Shown here piece by piece: positions 29,458 to 39,511 of a stretch of DNA of 64,000 nucleotides (positions are counted from its first letter, which is position 1; the number at the start of each line of letters is the position of its first letter). Origin of the DNA: Acetobacteraceae bacterium (lineage in GTDB: Bacteria; Pseudomonadota; Alphaproteobacteria; Acetobacterales; Acetobacteraceae). The translations under genes were made by a program, and so were the position numbers. The DNA is taken from contig OZ240665.1 of the NCBI GenBank assembly GCA_965198565.1, positions 4,215,514 through 4,279,513 of the forward strand. Direction: 5' to 3'. Below the pieces are notes generated by a model, which saw nothing but the letters and a program-made list of their open reading frames with translations, made no database searches and had not been told where the DNA came from.

Positions 29458-30198
29458 CTAAGATCCAGAAAACCAGTCATACCCCTGCTTCTCCCAATAC
29501 CCGCCGGGATACGTGTTCGTCACCTCGATCGCCTGCACGTTCTTCGCACTCTTGAAGCCAAGCTTAATCGGAATGCGCAGTCGAACCGGAGCGCCCCACT
29601 CCGCGGTCAACGGCTTACCCAGGAAGTCCAGCGCGAGAATGGTCTGCGGGTGGAGCGCACTCGCCATGTCAATGCTCGTCGAGTAACCGTCGAAGCAGCG
29701 GAACGCGACGTAGCGGCAGCGTAAATCCGCCCCGACCCGGCGCAAGAAATCCCCAAGCGGAACACCGCCCCACTGGCCGACCTGGCTCCAACCCTCGATG
29801 CAGATATGCCGGGTGATCTGGCTCGATTGGGGCAGCGCGCGGAGCTTCTCCACCATCCAAGGTGTCCGGTCAGCGACTTGGCCGGCAACCTCGAGCTGCC
29901 ATCCCGCAGGGACCGGGCGCACTTGCCAGTCCTCGTAGAAGGCGTTGAACCGGAACGGGTGAGTGATGGCGGACGCTGGATAGGTCTCCGCCAGGCGGTT
30001 CGGGTTGAACAAGGCGGCCTGAATCCGGTCGTTCAGCCGCAGCATGGCCCACAGCGCCGCGTTGATGCCCGTGTGAGTCCCCAGGTCGCAGCCGGTCAGC
30101 AATGTCAACGAGCCAAGCGACAGCCCGTGACGGATCAGCCCGCGCCGTTGCAAGCGGCGCAGCTCGGCCCGCAGCCCCGCCGGGTCAATCACCGTCAT
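29458..30198 (-). CDS. molybdopterin-dependent oxidoreductase, MsrP/YedY-like
   Basis: Tat-like RRGL..LTGC, TRHICIEGWS, HPQTILA, GAPVRLRIPIKLGFKSAK, GGYWE..GYDWF; RBS GAGGAGG. Confidence 0.9.
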   Translation of the reverse strand: MTVIDPAGLRAELRRLQRRGLIRHGLSLGSLTLLTGCDLGTHTGINAALWAMLRLNDRIQAALFNPNRLAETYPASAITHPFRFNAFYEDWQVRPVPAGWQLEVAGQVADRTPWMVEKLRALPQSSQITRHICIEGWSQVGQWGGVPLGDFLRRVGADLRCRYVAFRCFDGYSTSIDMASALHPQTILALDFLGKPLTAEWGAPVRLRIPIKLGFKSAKNVQAIEVTNTYPGGYWEKQGYDWFSGS

Positions 30199-30808
30199 GG
30201 TAAGCCTCCTCGGTCCGGACGCCGACCACCATCGAGACCAGCGTGCGGGGAAACAGCAACACGAGCGCAAGATGGATCACGACGAAGGCGGCAATCGCAC
30301 ACATCAAGCCGAGATGGATCAGCCGAGCGGTCGGATAACCGCCGAACAATCCGGTCAGCCAGCCCAATTGCACTGGCTTCCAGATCGAGAACCCGGTGAC
30401 GACCGCGCCACCGATCGCGGCGATCACCAGCACATACAACAGTCGCTGCACAGCATTGTACACGCCGACTTGGTGCGCCAGCCGGAACCGTATGGCCAGC
30501 AGCAGATCACGCCAGACGTCGGCAAGCCGGGGGCGACCCAGCGCGCGGCGCAGATGTCCGCTGGCGAGCCCGTAGATCAGGTAGGCCGAGCCATCGACGA
30601 GCAGGATCCACATCGCCGATAGATGCCAGGCGATCCCGCCGGCGAGCCAACCCCCCAACGTCATCCATTGCGGCACCGTGAACGGCAGGCTGGGCGAGGC
30701 GTCGTAGATCTCCCAACCGCTCAGCATCATGCAGAGCACGGCATATGCGCCGATCCAATGCATCACTCGCACCGGCCATGGATGCGCCGGCCGGATTGTA
30801 TCTCGCAA
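30185..30808 (-). CDS. cytochrome b/b6-domain membrane partner of the Mo-oxidoreductase
   Basis: HPWPVRVMHW, SGWEIYDASP, LGGWLAGGIAWHLSAMW, YNAVQR..Y, WKPVQ, AR.IH; TTG start inferred. Confidence 0.88.
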   Translation of the reverse strand: MRDTIRPAHPWPVRVMHWIGAYAVLCMMLSGWEIYDASPSLPFTVPQWMTLGGWLAGGIAWHLSAMWILLVDGSAYLIYGLASGHLRRALGRPRLADVWRDLLLAIRFRLAHQVGVYNAVQRLLYVLVIAAIGGAVVTGFSIWKPVQLGWLTGLFGGYPTARLIHLGLMCAIAAFVVIHLALVLLFPRTLVSMVVGVRTEEAYHDGD

Positions 30809-30874
30809 TCTTCGTATCCCCTTTGCCGTCTGGCGCGTATGTAGCTTACACAGTTTGACCAGCAAGGATCGATC

Positions 30875-31555
30875 ATGATGCTCCGCCGCCTCGGATTTAC
30901 CGCCGCCCTCGCGTCACTTCCATTGCTTGCACACGCCGCAGCATCCGCGCCGCATGTGCGCGGCACCGTCTCCAGCATCAACGGCGACAGCGTCATGGTG
31001 CACACGGTCGACGGAACCGACGTCACCGTGCATCTAACGCCGACCACGAAGTTCGCCGAAGTGAGCAAGTCCAGCTTGGACGCGATCGGCCCCAACACGT
31101 ATATCGGGACCGCAGCCAAGGACACTGGGTCGGGCCGGCTGATCGCACTCGAGGTCGTGGTGTTCCCGGAAGCGATGCGGGGCACGGGCGACGGGCATTA
31201 CGATTGGGATGCGCTGCCCGACAGCACCCTGTCCGGCGGCAGCGCCGTTTCCAGCACCATGACGAACGGGACGGTGACGAAGGCGTCCGCCAGCGCCGGC
31301 AAGGTCGACAGCACGATGACGAACGGCAATGTCGCAGCCAGCACTGCGGCGGGCGGCGCCAAGCAACTGACGGTGACCTACAAGGGTGGGCAGCAGCAAA
31401 TCCTGGTGCCGCCGACCGCGCCGATCGTGATGATCGCGCCCGGTTCACGCGCCGACCTCACGCAGGGCGCCCACGTGGTGGTGACGGAGGCGAAGGATAG
31501 CGACAATGCCGCCTCGTTCGCGATCGGCATGAACGGCATCATGCCGCCGATGTAG
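30875..31555 (+). CDS. periplasmic protein, DUF5666-like OB-fold repeats
   Basis: Signal peptide, HVRGTV, ALEVVVFPEAMRGTGDGHYDWD, STMTNG repeated; divergent from the MsrPQ-like pair. Confidence 0.8.
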   Translation: MMLRRLGFTAALASLPLLAHAAASAPHVRGTVSSINGDSVMVHTVDGTDVTVHLTPTTKFAEVSKSSLDAIGPNTYIGTAAKDTGSGRLIALEVVVFPEAMRGTGDGHYDWDALPDSTLSGGSAVSSTMTNGTVTKASASAGKVDSTMTNGNVAASTAAGGAKQLTVTYKGGQQQILVPPTAPIVMIAPGSRADLTQGAHVVVTEAKDSDNAASFAIGMNGIMPPM

Positions 31556-31612
31556 CGCCGCCGGCGCCCGTGGCGGACACGGGTCGGATTGACGTTGAAA
31601 CAGGCCTCGCCA

Positions 31613-32935
31613 TCATGTTCGCCAACGGCTCTGATAGGGTGGCAGGCCGAGGTTCTCGCGCAGCGTCGACCCGGCGTACTCGGTGCGGAAGCGTCCTCGC
31701 CGCTGCAGCTCGGGCACGACGAGCTCGACGAAATCGTCGATGCCCTGCGGCAAGTGGGTGGGCGTGATGTTGAAGCCGTCGGCAGCGCCGTTGTCGACCC
31801 ACTGCTCCATACCGTCCGCGATCTGGCTGGCGGTGCCGATGAGGCGGAAGCCCTCGCCCGCGGCGTACTCGTTGTAGAGCTGGCGGATGGACAGGTTGTC
31901 GCGCTGGGCCCGCTGCCACCAGCCATAGGCGATGCTGCGGACTTTGGCGCCCTTCGGCTCCGGGACGGGTCCGTCCAAGTCGTAGCCCGACAGGTCCCCC
32001 ATCAAGCCGTAGATGCGCGCCAGGCCCGCCAGCGGGTCGAGCAAGGACTGCAGTTGCTCGAGCTTGTCGCGCGCCTCCTGCTCGGTGCGGCCCACGATGG
32101 GGACCAAGGCGGGCATGATCTTGAGGCTGTCGGGCTCGCGGCCGAACTTGGCCATGCGGGCTTTGACGGCGGCGTAGTAGTCCTGGGCTGGGCCGAGGCC
32201 GTTGATGGACGCATACACCACGTCGGCGTCTGCCGCGGCGATCTCCTGGCCCATTGGGTTGGCGCCGGCCTGCACGAGGAGGGGGCGGCCCTGGGGGGTC
32301 GGCTTGACGCTGAGCGGGCCGCGGACGGCGAAGTGGCGGCCTTTGTGGTTCAGGACATGCAGCTTCGCCGGGTCGTAGAACACGCCAGAGGCTTTGTCCT
32401 CGAGGAACGCGTCCGGCTCCCAGCTGTCCCAGAGCCCGGTGACCACGTCGACGAACTCGCGGGCGCGGTCATAGCGGGTGTCGTAGTCGAGATGGCTGTC
32501 GCGGCTGAAGTTCCAGGCTTCCTGCTCGGACCAGGAGGTGACGATGTTCCAGCCGGCGCGGCCGCCGCTGATGTGGTCGAGCGAGGCGAACTTGCGGGCG
32601 ATGTGGTAGGGTTCGTTGTAGGTGGTCGATGCCGTGGTCACCAGGCCGATCTGGCGGGTCATGGGTGCCAACGCCGACAGCAAGGTGAGGGGTTCGAGCT
32701 CGACGTTGCGGTTGGAGCGGCAGAGTGAGCCGGGCGGGTCGTCATTGGCGCGGACGCCGATGCCGTCGGCGAAGAACACCATGTCGAACTTGCCCTCTTC
32801 CGCGCGGCGGGCGCAGCGCAGGAAGTGCTGGAAGTCCGACGCGCCGGCGGCGGGAACATCTGGGTGGCGCCAGGCGGCGTCGTGGTAGCCGAGATAGCGC
32901 ATCGACAAGCCGAGCCGGATTTGTCGCTTGCTCAT
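31613..32935 (-). CDS. LLM-class flavin-dependent monooxygenase (NtaA/DmoA/SnaA family)
   Basis: AEEGKFDMVFFAD, IGLVTTASTTYNEPY, SLDHISGGRAGWNIVTS, LWDSWE, PQGRPLLVQAG, VPELQRRG.FR..Y...TLRENLG. Confidence 0.93.
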   Translation of the reverse strand: MSKRQIRLGLSMRYLGYHDAAWRHPDVPAAGASDFQHFLRCARRAEEGKFDMVFFADGIGVRANDDPPGSLCRSNRNVELEPLTLLSALAPMTRQIGLVTTASTTYNEPYHIARKFASLDHISGGRAGWNIVTSWSEQEAWNFSRDSHLDYDTRYDRAREFVDVVTGLWDSWEPDAFLEDKASGVFYDPAKLHVLNHKGRHFAVRGPLSVKPTPQGRPLLVQAGANPMGQEIAAADADVVYASINGLGPAQDYYAAVKARMAKFGREPDSLKIMPALVPIVGRTEQEARDKLEQLQSLLDPLAGLARIYGLMGDLSGYDLDGPVPEPKGAKVRSIAYGWWQRAQRDNLSIRQLYNEYAAGEGFRLIGTASQIADGMEQWVDNGAADGFNITPTHLPQGIDDFVELVVPELQRRGRFRTEYAGSTLRENLGLPPYQSRWRT

Positions 32936-33097
32936 GAGTAGAGGGTGAGGCTCCCAGTGGTCGCGGAACGCCAGGCTAAACCGGGCACTTCTTCGCGCAA
33001 AGGGGCGGGACGACGCTTTGTTTACGGATGGCGCAATGAAACAGCGTTTCTGACCTTCCGACCGTCAACTTCTCGTTGACAGCGGCGAAATGGAATG

Positions 33098-33172
33098 AAA
33101 AAAGGGCGGCACCTCTCGATGCCGCAAGTTTAGGGAGGAAACGTCCAAAAAACAGCGCGCAACGCGCAACTG
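33098..33172 (-). ncRNA. MmgR/SuhB (alpha-r8)-like small RNA
   Basis: Minus strand reads ..GUUUCCUCCCUAAACUU-GCGGCA-loop-UGCCGC-CCUUUUUU; UUUCCUCCCU core plus Rho-independent terminator; 5' end estimated from the promoter. Confidence 0.75.
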
Positions 33173-33178
33173 CCTGGG

Positions 33179-33229
33179 TATAAAGCCACTACCTTACGAC
33201 GGTGGCAAGCCCTTTTGTGCGCCGCACAA
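33179..33229 (-). promoter_or_regulatory. sigma70-type promoter with upstream TTGTGCG-N-CGCACAA palindrome for the sRNA
   Basis: -35 TTGCCA (33208-33203), AT-rich -10 near 33184-33179, palindrome at 33215-33229. Confidence 0.55.
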
Positions 33230-33306
33230 CTGTTTGACGGCGAATTTGCGCGAAGTCGCTTCGCAGTGGGTGTTGAGTTCGCAGTGGGTGTTTGGGGGGC
33301 CTCGCA

Positions 33307-33342
33307 CCCTCACCCCGACCCTCTCCCGCCCGCGGGAGAGGG
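33307..33342 (+). repeat. CCCTCACCCC..GGGAGAGGG repeat copy
   Basis: 33300-33346 is identical over 47 bp to 60931-60977. Confidence 0.92.
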
Positions 33343-33362
33343 AGATGTCCTCTGAATGCGGT

Positions 33363-33656
33363 TCAGTAAGCCTGATTGCTTCGGTTGCCGGGTTCGACCA
33401 GCGTTATGCCAGACGGCAGGGTGTCGCCCGAGTTCGAGGGCAGGTCTGCCGGGGCTTGGATCGCGGGACCACCGCGCAGCAGGTCACAGCTCCAACGCCA
33501 GCCGGCCGGCTCAGCCGATAGTTGCGAGGCTTGCTCGTGACGGCAGCGGCAGCCGGATTCCGTCACCTGGCCGTCCAGCTCGGGGCCGCACCGCGGCAGC
33601 AGCGGCGCGGCGAGCGCAGGCTCCATACAGCAGAGGACAATCAGCAACCAGCGCAT
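33363..33656 (-). CDS. small secreted Cys-containing hypothetical protein
   Basis: Signal peptide ..PALA-A, CGPELDGQV..GCRC...GWRWSCDLLRG. Confidence 0.65.
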   Translation of the reverse strand: MRWLLIVLCCMEPALAAPLLPRCGPELDGQVTESGCRCRHEQASQLSAEPAGWRWSCDLLRGGPAIQAPADLPSNSGDTLPSGITLVEPGNRSNQAY

Positions 33657-33690
33657 GGGGCAAGACTATGCGCTGGAGCTTAAGCACGGG

Positions 33691-34059
33691 TTAACGCGGC
33701 CCGAAATGGCGCTCCAGGATCGCAATGTTGCGCAGGTTGGCCTTGAACGTCATGTCGAACAGGTCGCCGAGGATGGGCACGCTGCCGCCGACGACCTCCA
33801 AGCCGACGTTGGCCAGCATCTGCATGAGCTTGGGCCGAGGCACGCCCAGCCGATACGCCTGGTAGACGATGTAGAGCGAAATCACGCCGAGGACTGCGTC
33901 GCCGCCGCCGGGGACCAGGCCGATCAGGCTGTTCAGGCCGAAGCGGAAGCGCAGCCCCGGGATGCGGAACGCGCCGTCCACAAGCCAGGCAAACTTGCGC
34001 AGGCGCCGCACGGTTGCTGCCACGTCGGAGACATCGGCGAACTCGGCGTATGCGGTCAT
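33691..34059 (-). CDS. DUF4112 family membrane protein
   Basis: A.LVDGAFRIPG..FRFGL..LIGLVPG.GD, VPILGDLFD..FKAN.RN. Confidence 0.9.
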   Translation of the reverse strand: MTAYAEFADVSDVAATVRRLRKFAWLVDGAFRIPGLRFRFGLNSLIGLVPGGGDAVLGVISLYIVYQAYRLGVPRPKLMQMLANVGLEVVGGSVPILGDLFDMTFKANLRNIAILERHFGPR

Positions 34060-34123
34060 GATCTCATCACCCCAGGCTGGCCGGCCAGGATGTCGTCAAT
34101 GGTGGCTTGGTTTACAATTGCCC

Positions 34124-35710
34124 CTAGCGTCGAAGGGTGGCGAGCACGCCGGTGGCGAATCCGGTCAGGGCGTCGCCGGCGATGACGCCGCCGGCGAACA
34201 CCTCCATCTCGGTCGTGGCCGCCGGGCCGCGAACCTGGCGGTAGGCCAGCCGCACGGCCACCCCCACCAACACGGCCCAGCCAGCGGCCGGCGCCACCAG
34301 CAGCATCCCGGTCGCGAACAGCACGCCGAGCTGGCGCTTGGGCCCGCCCAGCGCCTGCAGCAGCACGCCAGGGACCGCCCACAAGGCAAGCTGCCGGGCG
34401 ACGCCGGGCGCGGCTCCGGCCTTGATGGTGGCGACGTAGACCTTGGCCACGGGCGCCACGAGATTGGCCGCGAAGTAGCCGCGGTAGGACAGCAGGACCA
34501 CGATGGCGGCGATCACGAAGGCGAACAGGGCGGCGAAATACTGCTGCAAGCGCCCTGCCCGCTCGAACGCCGGGTCGATGCCCTCGCCGCGCAGCATGAA
34601 GCCGGCCTTGAGATCGTAGCCCATGTCGGCGAAGGCCGGGCCGGTGGCGGCGGAGAAGCCGACCAGCAGCGCCAGGGAGGTGGGCGGGAAGCCGATCAGC
34701 ATGCCGATGATGAGCGTGATCAGCGCCACGGCGAAGGCGGGGAACCAGCCGGAATGCATCGCCGCCAAGCCCACGATCAGCTCGTGCACCAGGGCGGCGA
34801 AGGCCGCGTAGACCACGAACGCCACCAGCATGCCCGGCCCGAGTTCGCCCCAGACGCCGCCCATGAGCGCGATCAGCACCGCGATGGCGACGTAGGCGAG
34901 CGCGCCCAGGCCGAGGGAGCGGCCGGAGCCGGGGGTGGCGGCGTGGGCCGCGCCGCGGGTGCGCAGCATCACCATCGCCACCTGCACCAGCGCCACCAGG
35001 CCGGCGCCGATCATCAGGCCGTGGGGGATGTAGGCGGCGGCCACGTCGTAGCCGGAGAACAGCGACTTGGAGTAGCCGCGCAGCAGCAGCCCGGCGCCGA
35101 ACATGGTCAGCGCCCAGACATTGCCGATGAAGGCGACGCCAAAGGCGGACATGGGGATGCCGAGGACCCCGGTGCCGACCGCCCCCGCGAGCACGCCGCC
35201 GCCCAGCAGCAACAGCCGGCTGCCGCCCTGGTCGCCGGCGCGGATGGCCTCCGCCGCCGCGACGCCGGGCGGCCACGCGCCCTCGGCCGGGAAGGCGCGG
35301 GAGCCGAACAGGCGGTAGAGCATGGTCGCGTCCACCAGCATGGCCAGGGCGACGCCGCCAAGCAGCGGCAACACCAGGTCCGACCGGCCGAGCAGGAAGG
35401 GGATGCCGATCGGCAGCAGCAGGCTGTTGCCGGCGCCGAACGTGGCGGCGGAGATGGCGCTTTGGGCCAGGTTCTGCAGGTGGATCGAGCGGTAGCGGGC
35501 GAACCCCGGCAGCGGTACCCGGGCCAGGCCCATCGCCACCAGCGCGCCGACGATGGCGGTGTTGGCGGTGACCCCCAGGGTCACCAGAAGCTGCATGCCG
35601 ATGATGGCGCCGACGATGCAGAGCGGCGTCAGCAGGAGCAGGGTGGCGGGCTCGAACAGGGTGGGGTGGCGGGTGCTGGCCGGCTTGCTGGTGACGGTGT
35701 CAGCATCCAT
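34124..35710 (-). CDS. OPT/YSL-family oligopeptide transporter
   Basis: Multi-TM protein; QNLAQSAISAATFGA, FPAEGAWPPGVA.AEAI.AGD, PAFADMGYDLK, GGVIAGDAL. Confidence 0.85.
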   Translation of the reverse strand: MDADTVTSKPASTRHPTLFEPATLLLLTPLCIVGAIIGMQLLVTLGVTANTAIVGALVAMGLARVPLPGFARYRSIHLQNLAQSAISAATFGAGNSLLLPIGIPFLLGRSDLVLPLLGGVALAMLVDATMLYRLFGSRAFPAEGAWPPGVAAAEAIRAGDQGGSRLLLLGGGVLAGAVGTGVLGIPMSAFGVAFIGNVWALTMFGAGLLLRGYSKSLFSGYDVAAAYIPHGLMIGAGLVALVQVAMVMLRTRGAAHAATPGSGRSLGLGALAYVAIAVLIALMGGVWGELGPGMLVAFVVYAAFAALVHELIVGLAAMHSGWFPAFAVALITLIIGMLIGFPPTSLALLVGFSAATGPAFADMGYDLKAGFMLRGEGIDPAFERAGRLQQYFAALFAFVIAAIVVLLSYRGYFAANLVAPVAKVYVATIKAGAAPGVARQLALWAVPGVLLQALGGPKRQLGVLFATGMLLVAPAAGWAVLVGVAVRLAYRQVRGPAATTEMEVFAGGVIAGDALTGFATGVLATLRR

Positions 35711-35716
35711 CGGGCT

Positions 35717-38700
35717 CTACTCCGCGGCGTTTTGGAGCGCGGCGCCGTACACCGCATGGGCGGCCGCCGCGCTGATGCGGCCCTCTTGCAAGTCCTCGGC
35801 CACGGCGGCGGGCAGCCGATCCTCGGCCGCGCCGTAGCCAGCGCCGCCGGCGAACACGATCTCGGCGATCTCGCCGGGATGGGTGAGCGTGACCAGCTCG
35901 CCGGCGCCGCAGTCGCGCAGGAGCGTGCCATCCGGCTGGCGCACGCCGGCGAAGGCGTGGCAGCCCGCCAACCCGCCGGACAGGCCGGGCAGCACGGCTT
36001 TTGCGCCCTCGGGGAACAGCGCGGCCAATGTGGGCAGGCCGTCGTCGTGCAGCTTGCGGAAGCGCACGCGCTGGCCCAAGCCGCCGCGCGACCGCCCTGC
36101 CCCGCCGCTGTCGGTCAGGAAGCTCTTTTCCTCCACCAGTACGGGCACGCGGGCCTCGAACACCTCGATGGCGGTGTTGGCGGCGGAGGTGGGGTAGAGC
36201 AGTCCGGACTTGCCGTCGCCGTGCGCGCTGCCGCCCTGGCCGCCGCCCATGAACAGGTGGTCGGCGTAGAATGCGCCGGCGCCGTCGCGGCCGGAGACGT
36301 TCACCGCCACCGGCAGGCCGGTGGGCGACTGGACGGCCTTGGGCGCCGCCTCGGCCAGGGCGCGGAAGATGGCGGGGGCCAGATACCAGCCGGTCCGGGT
36401 GCGGGAGGCGACGGCGGCGGGGCGGGTGCAGTTCACGATGGAGCCCTCGGGCGCGGTGACGCGGAACGGGCGGTAGCAGCCGGCATTGCCGCGCACCTGC
36501 GGCGTCAGCATGCATTTGAGCGGGTAGGTGGCATGCGCCGCGGTGTAGTTCAGGGTGGAGTTCACGCCGCCTTGGGCGAGCTGGGCGGGCGCGCCGGCGA
36601 AGTCGATGGCGATCTCGTCGCCGGCGACGGTGACCGACACGGGGAGGGTCAGCGCGGCATCGACCGGGCTGAAGGAGACGGTGCTGCGGTAGGTGCCGTC
36701 CGGCAGGGCGCGGATGGCGGCGCGCATGGCGGCCTCGGCGCGGTCCTGCACGATGGCGGCCAAAGCGGAGAGGTCGGCCAGGCCGTATTCGTCCATGAAG
36801 GCGGCCAGGCGTTGCGCGCCGATGCGGTTGGCGGCCATGAAGGCCTGGATGTCGCCGAGCACTTGGGCCGGGTTGCGCACGTTTTCGGCAATGATGGCGA
36901 ACAAGTCGGCATTGTCCACGCCGGCGCGGGCGAGCTTCATCGGGGGGATTTGCAGGCCCTCGTCGAAGATTTCGCGCGCGCGCAGGCTGTCGCGGGTGCC
37001 GCCGATATCGGCCACGTGGCCGACGGTGCCGACCAGCGCCACCACCCGGCCGCCCTGGAACACGGGGGAGACCACCGCGATGTCGAACAGGTGCCCGGCG
37101 CAGAGCCAGGGGTCGTTGGTGACCAGCATGTCGCCGGGCTGCAGGGTTTCGACGGGGAAGCGGGCCAGCAGGGCTTTGACCGCCCGCGGCAGGGTGAGGT
37201 TGAACACGGGCATGGCGCGGGGGGAGTGGGCTAGGGTTTCGCCCGCCGGGTCGAGCAGTTCGCAGGCGAAATCCTGGGATTCGGCGATGATGAGCGAGAA
37301 GGCGGTGCGGATGATGGTGAGCCACATCTCGTCGACGACGGTGGTGAGGCGGCTCCACATGATCTCGAGGGCGATTGGGTCCGCCTCGATGGCGGCGCGG
37401 GCTTCGGCGGGGGACATGTCGGGGCGCACCAGGCTCATCCGCGTGGCGGCGGCGACGGTGATGCGCAGGTTGCCCGCCGGGTCGATGCGCAGGCGGTCGC
37501 CGGGGGCGACGACGGTGGTGCACTCGCGCTCCTCGATGATGGCGGGGCCGGGGATTTCGGTGCCGGGTGCGAGCAGGGCGCGGTCGTAGACGGCGGTTGG
37601 CTGGAAGCCGTGCTCGAACCAGGCCGGGCGCTCGCCCTTGCGGGCTGAGCGGCTGCCGGGGCTCACGGCGGGCAGGGCGAGCGCCGGGACGGGGCCGGTG
37701 ACGGTGACGCGCAGGCTCACGACCTCGATGGCGGCGCCGGCGTGCATGGCGGCGTAGCGGGCGGCGTAGGCGGCGCTGAATGCGGCGACCAGGGCGGGCT
37801 GACCGGTGTCGGCCAGGGCGGCGGGGGGGAGCGGCACGGTGATCTCGTGCATCTGGCCGACGAGGCGCATGTCCGCCGCGCGGGCGACCTGCTGCACGGC
37901 CACGCCGGCGGCGCTCAGCTCGGCGCGGGCTGCTGCCTCCAGCTCGGCGAGGGTGCGGTCCAGCACGGCCAGGTCGGCGGCCGCCAGGCGGGTCGGGCGG
38001 GAGCGCACGCGGCTGGCGGAGAGTGGCGCGGCCAGGAAGCCCAAGGCGGAGGCGGCGCCGGAGGCGGGGGGCACGATGACCTCGGCGATGCCGAGCGCGC
38101 GGGCGACTTCGGCGGCGTGGGCGGGGCCAGCGCCGCCGAAGCCGACCATGGCGTAGCGGCGCGGGTCGCGGCCGCGCTCCACCAGGTAGACGCGGGCGGC
38201 GTCTGCCATGCTCTCCACCACCACCTTGTGGATGCCCCAGGCGGCCTGCTCGGGCGACAAGGCGAGTGGGGCGGCGACTTGCTCGAGGGCGGTGCGGGCG
38301 GCGGCGGGGTCGAGCTGCATGGTGCCGCCGAGGAAGAACGCCGGGTCGTAGTAGCCGAGCACGAGGTTGGCGTCGGTGACGGTCGGGCGTTGGCCGCCGC
38401 GGGCGTAGCAGGCTGGGCCGGGTGCGGCGCCTGCGGAGTGCGGGCCGACCCGGAGCAGGCCCACCGCGTCCAGCGCTGCGATGGAGCCGCCGCCGGCGCC
38501 GATCTCGATCATGTCCACTGTGGGCGCCTTGATCGGCAGGCCGGAGCCTTTCTTGAAGCGATGCTCCCGCGCGGCCTCCAGCAGGGGGGCGATCTCGGCG
38601 CGGCCGTCCTCGATGAGGCAGGCCTTGGCGGTGGTGCCGCCCATGTCGAAGGCCAGCAGGTCGGTGCAGCCGGCTTGGGCGCCGAGCAATGCTGCGGCCA

Positions 38701-39511
38701 AGGCGCCGCCGGCCGGGCCGGATTCGAGCAGTCGGACGGGGAACTGGCGCGCTGCCTCGAGCGACAGCAGGCCGCCCGCGGAGTGCATCAGCCAGAGCGG
38801 GCCGGCGAACCCGGCGGCGCGCAAGGTGCCCTCCAGGCGCTGCAGGTAGCGCGAGACCAGCGGCTGCACGTAGGCGTTGGCGCAGGTGGTGACGCAGCGG
38901 GCATATTCGCCGATCTCGGCCACCACGGCGGAGGAGACCGACACCGGCATGGCGGGCAGCAGCTCGGCCACGATGGCGGCGGCTTGCTGCTCGTGCTTGG
39001 GCTCGCGATAGGCGTGGAGGAAGCAGATGGCGATGGCCTCGGCGCCGGCCGCCTGCAGGGCGCGCGCGGCCCGGCGCACGGCTTCGGCGTCGAGCGGGGT
39101 GACGACGCGGCCGTCGCGGTCGATGCGCTCGGGCACTTCGAGGCGGCGGCGGCGCGGCACCAGGGGGTCGGGGTAGGTGAGGAACAGGTCGTAGATGTCG
39201 TAGCGCTGCTCGCTGCCGGCCTCGAGCACGTCGCGGAAGCCTGCGGTGGTGATCAGGCCGAGGTCAGCGCCCTTGCGCTCGATGACGGCGTTGGTGACCA
39301 GGGTGGTGCCGTGCACCATCTCGGCCACGTCCGCGAAGCCGGCGCCGTGTTCGGCGAGGATGTGGCGCACGCCCTCGAGCGCGCCGCGCGCCGGGTCGTC
39401 GGGGGTGGTGAGGCATTTGTGCAGCCGCATGGCGCCGGTGCGGCCGTCGACCAGGACGAAGTCGGTGAAGGTGCCGCCGATGTCGAAGCCGAGGCGGAGC
39501 GATGCTGTCAT
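35717..39511 (-). CDS. fused hydantoinase A/B (5-oxoprolinase family) ATP-dependent cyclic amidohydrolase
   Basis: [36 protein letters not shown] (A half); [36 protein letters not shown] (B half); ATG overlaps the gshB stop. Confidence 0.92.
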   Translation of the reverse strand: MTASLRLGFDIGGTFTDFVLVDGRTGAMRLHKCLTTPDDPARGALEGVRHILAEHGAGFADVAEMVHGTTLVTNAVIERKGADLGLITTAGFRDVLEAGSEQRYDIYDLFLTYPDPLVPRRRRLEVPERIDRDGRVVTPLDAEAVRRAARALQAAGAEAIAICFLHAYREPKHEQQAAAIVAELLPAMPVSVSSAVVAEIGEYARCVTTCANAYVQPLVSRYLQRLEGTLRAAGFAGPLWLMHSAGGLLSLEAARQFPVRLLESGPAGGALAAALLGAQAGCTDLLAFDMGGTTAKACLIEDGRAEIAPLLEAAREHRFKKGSGLPIKAPTVDMIEIGAGGGSIAALDAVGLLRVGPHSAGAAPGPACYARGGQRPTVTDANLVLGYYDPAFFLGGTMQLDPAAARTALEQVAAPLALSPEQAAWGIHKVVVESMADAARVYLVERGRDPRRYAMVGFGGAGPAHAAEVARALGIAEVIVPPASGAASALGFLAAPLSASRVRSRPTRLAAADLAVLDRTLAELEAAARAELSAAGVAVQQVARAADMRLVGQMHEITVPLPPAALADTGQPALVAAFSAAYAARYAAMHAGAAIEVVSLRVTVTGPVPALALPAVSPGSRSARKGERPAWFEHGFQPTAVYDRALLAPGTEIPGPAIIEERECTTVVAPGDRLRIDPAGNLRITVAAATRMSLVRPDMSPAEARAAIEADPIALEIMWSRLTTVVDEMWLTIIRTAFSLIIAESQDFACELLDPAGETLAHSPRAMPVFNLTLPRAVKALLARFPVETLQPGDMLVTNDPWLCAGHLFDIAVVSPVFQGGRVVALVGTVGHVADIGGTRDSLRAREIFDEGLQIPPMKLARAGVDNADLFAIIAENVRNPAQVLGDIQAFMAANRIGAQRLAAFMDEYGLADLSALAAIVQDRAEAAMRAAIRALPDGTYRSTVSFSPVDAALTLPVSVTVAGDEIAIDFAGAPAQLAQGGVNSTLNYTAAHATYPLKCMLTPQVRGNAGCYRPFRVTAPEGSIVNCTRPAAVASRTRTGWYLAPAIFRALAEAAPKAVQSPTGLPVAVNVSGRDGAGAFYADHLFMGGGQGGSAHGDGKSGLLYPTSAANTAIEVFEARVPVLVEEKSFLTDSGGAGRSRGGLGQRVRFRKLHDDGLPTLAALFPEGAKAVLPGLSGGLAGCHAFAGVRQPDGTLLRDCGAGELVTLTHPGEIAEIVFAGGAGYGAAEDRLPAAVAEDLQEGRISAAAAHAVYGAALQNAAE

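Noticed and set aside
33260-33292. 15-bp duplication ttcgcagtgggtgtt next to the REP copy
   Set aside because: Real but only two copies in intergenic DNA, with no evident function.
33962-37234. Very long plus-strand ORFs (also 1712-4126, 37742-39871, 44428-46914, 61236-63875, and minus-strand 17517-19766)
   Set aside because: Antisense shadows of well-supported genes, expected from GC3-biased codon usage; no motifs of their own.
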